A DNA stretch of 63,888 bases, the filler included, from Stramenopiles sp. TOSAG23-3 (taxonomy: Eukaryota), in assembly GCA_900128585.1 (NCBI GenBank). It is 15 parts of 15 records of this genome, joined end to end, with 100 filler letters (N's around TTAATTAATTAA, not from the genome) between each part and the next. Parts side by side here need not be neighbours in the genome. Positions count along the whole stretch, not along the records: positions 54,192 to 59,482 come from LT643562.1; positions 59,583 to 60,584 come from LT646742.1; positions 60,685 to 61,686 come from LT646743.1; positions 61,787 to 62,787 come from LT646744.1; positions 62,888 to 63,888 come from LT646745.1; 10 more parts are not named here. The stretch is one strand, 5' to 3'. Both the position numbers and the translations under genes were made by a program. The notes under the pieces were generated by a model. The model was not told where the DNA came from, made no database searches, and saw only the letters and a program-made list of their open reading frames with translations. Below are positions 54,812 through 63,888 of this stretch, piece after piece. Positions within the stretch are counted from its first letter, which is position 1. The number at the start of each line of letters is the position of its first letter.

Positions 54812-55594
54812 ATGCCGTTACGACCTCGGCCCCAGCTGTGTTTGAAAGTCACGGCCGACTTGCATGAGACCTTTGCGTCTGTGCAGAAAGATGCCGATCC
54901 GGAATGTTCGTTTCACCAGGAGTTTATGAAGCTTATCAGGGACGAGCGGGAACTGATAGAGTTTGCACCCGTGGGCCTGAACCGGCCTACGTCGAAACAG
55001 CCACCGTTGCACATTCGATACGTGTACGCCCTGCACTCGTACATGAACATAATCAACGACGACCTCGTCGAAGGACACCCGTTGTTTGGCAAGACCTTGC
55101 AAGGCATTTTTGACGGCTGTGCGCTCGAGATACCGAGCAAAGAGTTAACGTTCCCGAACCCCAATCAGGAGAAACGAAAGAAAGCGTTGTATACCAGGGC
55201 GGAGGAGCGCCAGTACAAGAAAATGATCGCAAGCGTTGACCCGGACGCCCTAAGAGAGAAGAAGGACCTGAAGAAGGCGGGGCCGACGGTGAAGAATGGC
55301 ATGATTGTCGTTCACATGATGGTGGGCCTGTTTGCAGGTTTTTTTGGCGGTTACATGATCGCGAAGAAATTCACAGCATCCGAGAAGGACCACATGTTGG
55401 GGGGACTGGTAGGGCTGATGTTTGTATTTCTGTTGGAAATGTTTGTGTACCTCTTTACTGCCTGCAAAGCAGAAGTGTACGAAAACGAACGGTTGAGAGA
55501 GGCGAGGGCAGCTGCAGTCCAAAATTTTGACAAGAAAGGGAGGGGGAGGGGCAAACCAAAGGAGAAGAACCCGAAGAGGAAGAAAAACGATTGA
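54812..55594 (+). CDS. V-ATPase assembly factor Vma12/TMEM199-like
   Basis: R.K.L....EERQYKKMIASV followed by a two-TM hairpin ending LLEM. Confidence 0.7.
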   Translation: MPLRPRPQLCLKVTADLHETFASVQKDADPECSFHQEFMKLIRDERELIEFAPVGLNRPTSKQPPLHIRYVYALHSYMNIINDDLVEGHPLFGKTLQGIFDGCALEIPSKELTFPNPNQEKRKKALYTRAEERQYKKMIASVDPDALREKKDLKKAGPTVKNGMIVVHMMVGLFAGFFGGYMIAKKFTASEKDHMLGGLVGLMFVFLLEMFVYLFTACKAEVYENERLREARAAAVQNFDKKGRGRGKPKEKNPKRKKND

Positions 55595-55748
55595 TCGGAT
55601 TTGCGCACGCGTTTACGTCGCTTTTATTTTATCGTACTATTACATATACAGGCACGGCTGGAATCTAGTGAAAACGAATTTATGCTACCGTGTAGGAAAA
55701 AACACATCGTGGGACCACGCCGCACATGATTTACGCGAGTGTTCATAT

Positions 55749-56480
55749 CTATTCCGCGTTGAGCCCCCCGACCGCTTCCAAAATAACTTTACGGTGCCCT
55801 TTTTTCACGCCCATATCCTTCAAATCATCTTCATCGATTGCTTTTACAATGTCCATGCTATCAAACCCTTCCTCTTCAAACGCTTCGGAATACTGCGTCA
55901 GCTTGGAGCAATCCGTCAGGCCGCCCAACCAATCGCCCACATCGGTTGTGGGGCCAGCAGGCGCTGCCCCGGGCGCCGTGGGCTCCGCGCTCTCCGCTGC
56001 GATGAATTTGTCCAGCTCTTCTTGGCTCGATACTAGCAAAAGGATCAAAGATTCATCGGCCATTTCTGCACTTTCCTTTTGGCACTTCTTGGCAAGAAAA
56101 CCCTCAAAAGGGGACGTAATATCATAAGAGAACGCTTCCGTCTCAATCTCACACAACGATTCTTCCTCTTCGACTTTGTCTCCCACCTCTTTGTACCACT
56201 CGACCAGCTTGTGGGTGTGCCCCCCGTCGTCTTCTAACCATATCGGTTGGGCCCCATAGAATGGCAGTTCATCTTCTACCTCGCTCCCCGCCTCTTCCCC
56301 CCCGTCATCACTGGGGGCACCCCACGGAATCGTTTTAGTAGCGTACGATCGCACGTCAAGCAGGCGATCGAATATGCCATCGGCGCGGTTCGCCGCGATC
56401 GACGAGAGCCCCCCGCGGGGAAAACGAGTCGCGTGGAACCGGCAGTGAGAAAGCGCCCGTCGCGAAACTGTGAAAAGCAT
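55749..56480 (-). CDS. Predicted mitochondrial protein: lipoyl-like domain lacking the lipoyl-lysine, plus SAM domain
   Basis: Arg/Ser-rich presequence; LVEWYKEVGDKVEEEESLCEIETEAFSYDITSPFEGFLAK; VGDWL..L.QYSEAFEEEGFD..DLKDMGVKKGHRKVIL. Confidence 0.85.
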   Translation of the reverse strand: MLFTVSRRALSHCRFHATRFPRGGLSSIAANRADGIFDRLLDVRSYATKTIPWGAPSDDGGEEAGSEVEDELPFYGAQPIWLEDDGGHTHKLVEWYKEVGDKVEEEESLCEIETEAFSYDITSPFEGFLAKKCQKESAEMADESLILLLVSSQEELDKFIAAESAEPTAPGAAPAGPTTDVGDWLGGLTDCSKLTQYSEAFEEEGFDSMDIVKAIDEDDLKDMGVKKGHRKVILEAVGGLNAE

Positions 56481-57000
56481 GGCACGAGCGTGCGGATGCC
56501 TTGGTCCAAAAACGGGAATGCTGGATCTTGCTCAGAAGTTTGCGTCACAAAATGGACGGTGTAAGTTATTTGTTGCAGCTTAAAACAGAAGTGCAAATTA
56601 ATTTCTTTGTCATTCACAAGTGTATCATGTACAAAATATACTTTAATAATTATACAACTGTTTATATTTTTAGTGTCTATAATATAATATCAAGCTTCAT
56701 ATATTATTATTATTATCACACACACCACCACCCACGACATATTTTAATATTATTATTATTATTATTTATTAAAAAAAAATTTAAAAAAAAAAACCACTTC
56801 TTTGTTGTTGTATTATATTACTAGACGACTATTAATATTACTTATTATTACCATTGAAAAAAAAATTGGCTGTTGCTATTTTTTATTAGTAGCTGTATAA
56901 TAATATATAATAGACTAATTAAAATTTACCAGCAACAAACGAAGCAATACAATAGTGGACTGAACTGAAAAAAATTGATTCGATTTTTGTTGTTGTAAAT

Positions 57001-58782
57001 TCATACTTTTGGTAGTTGATATTCCTCGTGCCCCGTGCTGGTGAGAGGTACATAGAGTGCCGAGGCTGGGCTCTGGGCTTTTTCACAGCGTGGACACCAG
57101 GATATTCTCGATTCCTCATTGTCTGGGTCGAACTTCGATTTGTCTGCTCTCATCATCGGGAGCAGCAAGTAATAAATCACGAGAAAACAGACGAACACGC
57201 CTGTGCAAACGAGCGCGAATACATTGTACCCATCGCCCCACGGGTTGCAATAGCCAGTTAGCCCTTCTTCTGCTGTGCACGTAATGGTACCACAGAAGCG
57301 AGCGCCCGAGGTGGTGTTGACTAGCTTGCCAAAGTTGTCGTTCATACCGTTGCACCTCACAATTTTCGGTTCGTTCAAATATTTGCGGGCAGCTTCTGCT
57401 ACACCGCGTGCCGTTTGTCGAGCGGCATTGCCAAAGACATGGATGGTAGTGACGAAAATACCGGCGTAGGCCTCGGGTGTTCTTCGCATGAGTACAGCTT
57501 GGTACAACATTTTCTGACCGTAAATTATTGGCATAGTGACAACCCCCATGCTAACCCACCACCAAAATACCGGGGAGCAAGACAAAAAGCAATTATCAGC
57601 ATGCTCTATGCTGTCATTTATCAGTTTGCCATCCACGTAGGGAGCCAGGTAGAACACCAGCCATATCGATACCGTGGCCACCACGACAAGCCACTGGTTG
57701 GCGAAATGTTTCATGAGGGGGCCGCGCTTCGAGACAACGAATCGCGCAACCAACGCCATGACCACCATGGCAAACCCAGCAGATACCCACGCTTCTGCGG
57801 TCATATCCGCCTTGTCCAGGCCACGATTTTTCTTATCGACGTCAGAGTCGAGTGCCATGTCTCTCACCCAATCGCCTCTCATGAACGCCCACAATGCGAG
57901 CGCGAGGACGTACTTGTTGCATAAGCACCTGTAAACCGTTAGATACGCTTCCCACAAGGAATCGAGCCGCTGTTCTGGAACTCTTTCTTTAATCATAAGC
58001 GCGGAAGCAGCGGAAATGAGCACCATAACGCCAATGGTTGCAATACAAATCCAAACCGGCAAATTGAACGTTTTGTTCAAAACGAGGATCATGGCCTTGC
58101 CTCCATCTTGCCCGAACTTCTTCCCGAAGCCTTGCAAGGCAGCACCGTAACCAATGTTTCTCCCCGCCAATGCAATGATCGTCAAACCATCCAGCGCTAC
58201 ATCTTGAACGGACGCCATGAACACGGCCAGGATAATGTACACCCAAAGCCCAAACCCATTTGCACAGGATTCTTTGTTCACCAGGTTTTTGTAATCCCAG
58301 GCGAGTGCGAACAGCAAGAACGCGGCAACTATGCCAGCGCCAGCAATGAAACCCCTCCGGTGATATTTTCGCATCCCGAACAGAGGCAGCCCATCCACAA
58401 TGGGGGCGACCAGTATCTTAAACGTCCAGGGCCAATTAGTGTTGTTCAGCCAGCTCATGACGTCCCTCTCATTCTCTGGGGGGCAGTTGCCTTGGTCGTA
58501 CACAACAACAGATTTCAAGCCTTTTGCCAGGCTGAAGATGAGCCCTTGAACCATGTACATCAGGCTCAAGTGCAGTATGACCTGCCACTGGGACCAGAAA
58601 TCGGCTTCCAACGTATTGGCCTCTCTCTCCAACTTGGACGCCTCGTCTTCTTCCTCAGGACCGGCAGTTCTGCTAAATATCTTGTTGAACCCCTCGTGCA
58701 TCTCCACGACACTAGGGCTCTTCTCCCTCCCAGTGGCCTTGGGCGCTGCCGCCCACGAGTTCATATTCTTAATATCGCTCAT
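57001..58782 (-). CDS. MFS transporter, acetyl-CoA transporter/AmpG (SLC33A1-like) family
   Basis: LMYMVQGL, WPWTFKILVAPIVD, ASVQDVALDG, DGYNV; about 11-12 TM helices. Confidence 0.85.
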   Translation of the reverse strand: MSDIKNMNSWAAAPKATGREKSPSVVEMHEGFNKIFSRTAGPEEEDEASKLEREANTLEADFWSQWQVILHLSLMYMVQGLIFSLAKGLKSVVVYDQGNCPPENERDVMSWLNNTNWPWTFKILVAPIVDGLPLFGMRKYHRRGFIAGAGIVAAFLLFALAWDYKNLVNKESCANGFGLWVYIILAVFMASVQDVALDGLTIIALAGRNIGYGAALQGFGKKFGQDGGKAMILVLNKTFNLPVWICIATIGVMVLISAASALMIKERVPEQRLDSLWEAYLTVYRCLCNKYVLALALWAFMRGDWVRDMALDSDVDKKNRGLDKADMTAEAWVSAGFAMVVMALVARFVVSKRGPLMKHFANQWLVVVATVSIWLVFYLAPYVDGKLINDSIEHADNCFLSCSPVFWWWVSMGVVTMPIIYGQKMLYQAVLMRRTPEAYAGIFVTTIHVFGNAARQTARGVAEAARKYLNEPKIVRCNGMNDNFGKLVNTTSGARFCGTITCTAEEGLTGYCNPWGDGYNVFALVCTGVFVCFLVIYYLLLPMMRADKSKFDPDNEESRISWCPRCEKAQSPASALYVPLTSTGHEEYQLPKV

Positions 58783-58985
58783 TGTAAATATTACTCGAAA
58801 ATAAAATTGCGATTGTTTGATTATTACATGAATAAATCTAGTGCACGTTTAAGATTCTTCATTCGATGATGAGTAGTAATAATTAATAAATAATAATATA
58901 CACAACAACAAATCCAAAAAAAGATAATAGTGTATACGCGACGACGACGCGACGACTTCAACATTTTATTAGGGATAGTTATTAT

Positions 58986-59070
58986 TCCAAGTGATTCATG
59001 TCGCATTACATAGGCATATCATTGGGTTGGTTTCCAAAATAATTTTAAAATGCGACATGAATCACTTGGA
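58986..59070. repeat. 22-bp perfect inverted repeat with 41-nt spacer
   Basis: TCCAAGTGATTCATGTCGCATT (58986-59007) / AATGCGACATGAATCACTTGGA (59049-59070). Confidence 0.95.
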
Positions 59071-59123
59071 TATTAAAAAATGAATACATGTGTGGTGTGT
59101 GAACTTTTCTAAAAATTAAATAA

Positions 59124-59450
59124 CTAGCAGGGAGTTAGTGTTACACAAAATACCATTGAATAACATATAAAATGACGAAGAAAAAACTTATTATTTTAAC
59201 TAATAACCAAACAAAAAAAGTTCTCTTTTATTTTCACTCTACGCATTTTCGTATTTATATTATTGTTGATCTCAGAGTTAGTGACACGGGGGGTGTGGAG
59301 AGAGAAGAGAGAAGAGAGAATTTTTTAAAAAATTTTATTTAATTCCTAGCAGGGAGTTACTGTTACACAAAATAACATTGAATAACATCTAAAATGACAA
59401 AAAAACTTAAAATTTTCACCAAAAAAAGTTCTCTTTTATTTTCACTATAC
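59124..59450 (+). repeat. Imperfect direct repeat (~105-120 bp, starts 222 bp apart)
   Basis: CTAGCAGGGAGTTA.TGTTACACAAAATA.CATTGAATAACAT...AAAAAAAGTTCTCTTTT..TTTTCACT at 59124 and 59346. Confidence 0.9.
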
Positions 59451-60684
59451 CAATTTATATAGGGAACTATTACAAGTACAAANNNNNNNNNNNNNNNNNN
59501 NNNNNNNNNNNNNNNNNNNNNNNNNNTTAATTAATTAANNNNNNNNNNNNNNNNNNNNNNNNNNNNNNNNNNNNNNNNNNNNTAACGGAACGCCACAGAA
59601 TTGCGAGAAAGAAACTGTTCTATCTAATAAATATTTCTCTCTTTGTGTGTGCGTGTTTGCCTACTTTTTCTCCTTCCCGTGATTTGAATATACGTTAGGA
59701 CTTTGATTTTATTAGAATATCATTGATATAAAACATTTCCAACCACCACCACCACCACCCCAAGAAAAAGAAGAGAATTCTTGTCGTCGTCTTCTTCTAC
59801 TTCCTTATAGAGCTTGGTGGAGGAGGTAGTGTATTATTATTTTTTTATTATTAGACTATTATTTTTTTATTTTTTTTAAATTTTATTATTATTATTTTTT
59901 TTTTATCTTTCTTCTTTTCCTGTTAAATTACGATAGTTACATAGAGAGACTCAATTTTTATTTTATTATATTCAAAATAATATACCTGTAATACTACCGA
60001 GTGTATGTAAAGAAAGACTTATTAAGGACATAAATATTATTTAATATAGTAATAATAATAACGCTAAGTATACTGATAGTTAGTTCGCTTTTCAATACGA
60101 GAGTTCGTACTATATTATCATAGGTAGTATCGAGGGGATCGGGTACTTCGATGGGTAGTATAATAAAAATGACAAAAACACAAGTATAATTCTATCCTAT
60201 ATAATACAATACAATATATTGGATTCAATATGCTGTTACTTTGTAAAACTTGTATAAATAGGTAAAATAAGGATTTTTTGTATTAAAAATAAAAAAAGGA
60301 TATTTCTATCTTTTTTTTTATATATATTTTATTAGTCTAGTCTAGCTATTATTTTAATTTATTATTATAAACTGTAGTATCACTATTAACTATTAAATTT
60401 GTTTTTCTTTCTAATAAAATTATATAAATACTAAACTCACTGTAGTCTATATAATAGTAGGTACGGTAGTATTAAAACTATTATAACGTAGAAGCAAGAC
60501 GACACAAATAAATAAAAATAAAATTAAATAAAATCTTTCGTTCTTGTTGTTGTTAAGATATAATATTAATATTATACCAGTACGNNNNNNNNNNNNNNNN
60601 NNNNNNNNNNNNNNNNNNNNNNNNNNNNTTAATTAATTAANNNNNNNNNNNNNNNNNNNNNNNNNNNNNNNNNNNNNNNNNNNN

Positions 60685-61686
60685 CTGCGTACACCAAGTA
60701 CTGCATGTGGTCGGGGTTCATTTGCTTCTCGCGCACGTCCTCTGGGCGCCCGCCCATCATATACCATATACCGTAGTTTTCGTCGTCCACATTCTCGTAG
60801 CCTGGGATGAGCCCCATGTCCTTCATGCAGTCCCCAAAAACCCGACAAGGCCCACTGCACGCCTTTGGGCGCATGATTTTCATGCCTGCCCCTACGCGGA
60901 CCCTGGAGGACATGTCATCGTCCTCGCCCCCCCACCCAAAATACAAGTTCGAGTATCCATTTACATTTATCATGTGCTGGTACGACATGGATGCTACGCC
61001 CCCGAAGAGCTCTTTGTACAAGCACTTGTTTCGGTGCGACACTGTGTAGACACTGAGGTGCCTGGGCCCCGGCTCATCGTCTTTGGGGCATCCATAAGGC
61101 ATCGCATCCGACATGGACACCATGTCCACGTCGTGCATTACAAAGCAAAAATTGTAGCCCGGTGCAACAGCCTTTTCCAGCGGCACAACTTTCGTGGCCA
61201 CGTGGGCACCGACATTCAACAGTTTCGCACGGTTGAACTTTTTCTTGTCGGTCTGATCGATGATAAATATTTGGTACCGCAAATTTTGCTTTCGAAGCAA
61301 CGGGTGCATGTGAGACAAAAACCCCTTCAAATAATGTTCGCGATTGCGGTAGGGAACGACGATGGCCACGGTATCCGTCGCTTCACAATCCGTGGGGGAC
61401 CACCAGCCATTTTCCTCATTCGGTTGGTACAACTCCTCAAGCTCCGAGAAAGATTTGATCGGTTCCTCAACCGAGGGCAGCGGGTTCTGGACCAACTCAC
61501 TCGGAGTCGGTTGCTTGCACAGTTTTCGATCAACTTTTTTGATGATCGAATCGTCATTGGAAATTTCGATGAAGTCGTTAAACCTGTCCCCGAAAAGTTT
61601 TTCGGACGCCAACACTCGACCAATAATTGCCACCCTTCGCCTTCTGGACCTTTCTTCTTTGGCAACATTTTTCTCCCGCTCCAAAC
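60685..61686 (-). CDS. Beta-1,4-galactosyltransferase-like (GT7), truncated at both ends
   Basis: AIVVPYRNRE, FNRAKLLNVG, HDVD, LFGGV, NGYSNLYFGWGGEDDD. Confidence 0.93.
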
Positions 61687-61786
61687 NNNNNNNNNNNNNN
61701 NNNNNNNNNNNNNNNNNNNNNNNNNNNNNNTTAATTAATTAANNNNNNNNNNNNNNNNNNNNNNNNNNNNNNNNNNNNNNNNNNNN

Positions 61787-62191
61787 CACCAAAACAGAAG
61801 CAGAGGAGCGGCAGCAAACACTAGAGCGCATTCTTCCGCTCAACCTCAGCGCGTAAGTAGTATGCCTGTTAACTCATCGGGATGGTACCGTGCTTTTGAC
61901 CCGAAGAGTGGACGCCCGTACCTTTTCAACCCGGAAACTAGAGAAACCAAATGGGAGCAACCAAAGGAAAAACAGAACCTTCGAACTTCCCATCCATTGA
62001 CGTCTCAAAGAAAAAGCACTCGCCCCACACGTAGCATGGGGACGGAGAACCAAAAACCCCTTTCCATAAAAGAGGCACTATGTTTGTCATGTTTCGACTC
62101 AGCATCAGCATGTAAGTGCGATCCGTTGAGGAAATCAAAGTCGTCTAAACTTTGCAACAAATGCTTTGATATTCCTTGTCAGTGCAAGTAA
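61787..62191 (+). CDS. WW-domain protein with Cys-rich C-terminus, possibly 5' truncated
   Basis: GWYRAFDPKSGRPYLFNPETRETKWEQP; two CxxC..CxC clusters; frame open from contig start. Confidence 0.75.
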   Translation, partial: HQNRSRGAAANTRAHSSAQPQRVSSMPVNSSGWYRAFDPKSGRPYLFNPETRETKWEQPKEKQNLRTSHPLTSQRKSTRPTRSMGTENQKPLSIKEALCLSCFDSASACKCDPLRKSKSSKLCNKCFDIPCQCK

Positions 62192-62887
62192 GAAAAATTA
62201 AACCAAATTGTTTTTAGTTTTTACACAATAGTACACCTCTTCTTCTACGGTATTCAACAAAAATCAAATAATAATTTTTCTGAATTTTTTTGTGTCCCGT
62301 TAGCCGCCTGGTAGGTATATAATATAATACTACCACAGACCATTGACAACAAAATTTTCCAATTGGAGGTTATTTGTTTTGTGTGTTGCTAATAATTATA
62401 GCTAGCACCGGTATATGAACAGAGCAGCAGAGCATCGAGGAGGGTCATATTTGAGAAGAAGAAAAGGAATTGATCATGTTTTATCATCTCTCCTCCTCAA
62501 AATGTACATCTCAAATAATTACAATTATCATCAATTAATCAATTTAACAATGGGGAATAATCAATCAATCAATCTAAAAAATAGTAATAAATGAATGAAT
62601 GAGGACAAAGGCCGTCTAGAAAGGAAATGGGGGGGAAGGAGAGTGAAAAAAGTAGTAACAGAAGTACAGCAGTGTTTCTTTGTAATAAAAAAATGACTAC
62701 TTACTACCGTACTACTATTACGTATATCTAATATAAAACCACCACCACTACTAACAAGCGAATAATAGAAAAAAATAAAATATATAANNNNNNNNNNNNN
62801 NNNNNNNNNNNNNNNNNNNNNNNNNNNNNNNTTAATTAATTAANNNNNNNNNNNNNNNNNNNNNNNNNNNNNNNNNNNNNNNNNNNN

Positions 62888-63421
62888 CCATGGCGGAGGA
62901 CGAGTACAAGTTGCTGAAGCTTCGGCACCATAAGAAGATATACGGGCGCAACAACGTCGAAAGCGACGAAGACAAGCTGTTTCGGATGGCACATAGCCAC
63001 ATCGGAAAGCGCCACAAAGGCGACTTTGTGCACGGCTGGAAGGGGAGGGCGGGAAAGAAAGCCAGCGATGTGTTTATGCAGTTGGGGGTTCACAAGATAG
63101 TGGACGTCCCGAACCAACTGGGGACGTTCATCCACCGGCCGATCCGGCCAGGGCGCGCCGGTAGAAAGCGGAAAGAGTAAAGTGTGTCTGGGGGAGCGGG
63201 AAAGAAAGCCAGCGATGTGTTTATCCATTCACAAGATGGTGGACAGCGCAATATATAATATTTTTGTGATCTCCTCGCAAGAGTCTCCCACGAAAGATGA
63301 AACCTTCAGGGACTTTGAGTGCGAGAAGAATTTATTTGTTGAATATAGATCACCTCTATCTTATGATATAAAACAAAAACAATATCATATGATATCACTT
63401 GGTAAAAGTTCATTCGAATAG
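62888..63421 (+). pseudogene. Fragmented ORFs ending in the family B module (copy 3), with a 29-bp internal duplication
   Basis: ORFs 62890-63180 and 63182-63421; SQESPTKDETFRDFECEKNLFVEYRSPLS parallels SQKSPQMDEIIRDFDWQLGRFVAYRSPLT near 33397. Confidence 0.5.
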
Positions 63422-63888
63422 AACACTCGACAAACAACGAAAAAAAATGGGAAAAAAAAAATATTGAGGATACAAAGAGACCGTCTTAAAACAGTACTAC
63501 TTGCAGTATAATTTGTTTTTGTATACTATTTTTGTTCTCATTATAAACAACAGAGAAAATATTGAATTTTACACTTTTTCATTTTAAACAGCATTACTGA
63601 CGACGCTTGGTTTCTTCACCACCTTGAGAAGGTGTTTTTACACTTTTCCCGTTTTTAGTAGATGGGTTTTTCTTTCGGGTCTCAAGTGGACGTCATTTTG
63701 ACGTTGGCCATGCTGCATACCTTTATTTCAGTGAACCCTTTCCATGCTCTACGCCAGCATTACCTGGTCACTTCCGGCGACCGCCCCTTGGATAAGGGCG
63801 GAAAGCTCCTGCGAAGACGTTTGTGTAGACTTAAAAATCACGTAAGCAACTGCAACGAATTGTGAAAAGTGGCGCGTTTGTGTTGTGT

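Noticed and set aside
1-63888. Alternative genetic code, rRNA/tRNA genes, or an operon-like cluster across the window
   Set aside because: Conserved genes translate with the standard code and end in TAA, TAG or TGA; no structural RNA gene recognised; neighbours across linkers are unlinked.
63590-63888. Moderately GC-rich end segment as a CDS
   Set aside because: Only short frames with no recognisable motif, cut by the window end.

Overview
This is eukaryotic DNA: about 15 unrelated contigs (eleven of ~5.3 kb, four of ~1 kb) joined by artificial 100-nt N-TTAATTAATTAA-N linkers, so adjacency across linkers means nothing. Genes are compact, intron-poor and use the standard code, with AT-rich, microsatellite-rich spacers. 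Ciliary genes (WDR19/IFT144, TMEM216) indicate a flagellated protist; a marine stramenopile-like MAG/SAG is my inference. Most contigs carry ordinary host genes. The standout is contig 21737-27053. It has a 912-aa ORF with the ordered motif set of RAG1/Transib/Chapaev-type DDE transposases, overlapped by an upstream ORF with a DOT1-like SAM-methyltransferase signature and preceded by 14-bp tandem repeats. This is a candidate new methyltransferase-carrying RAG-like transposon. Also notable: an orientation-independent repeat (core AACAAGAAAATTGGCTGTTATT) in 3' intergenic regions; a second family sharing a 3' module (RDF..YRSPL) next to OTU and Ulp1 protease ORFs; three genes each split by one extra G; and odd architectures (lysine-less lipoyl domain+SAM, ankyrin+polycystin channel, TRAF-Zn+noncanonical poly(A) polymerase, KEN/D-box microprotein). 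All family calls come from motif recognition by eye; no searches were run.
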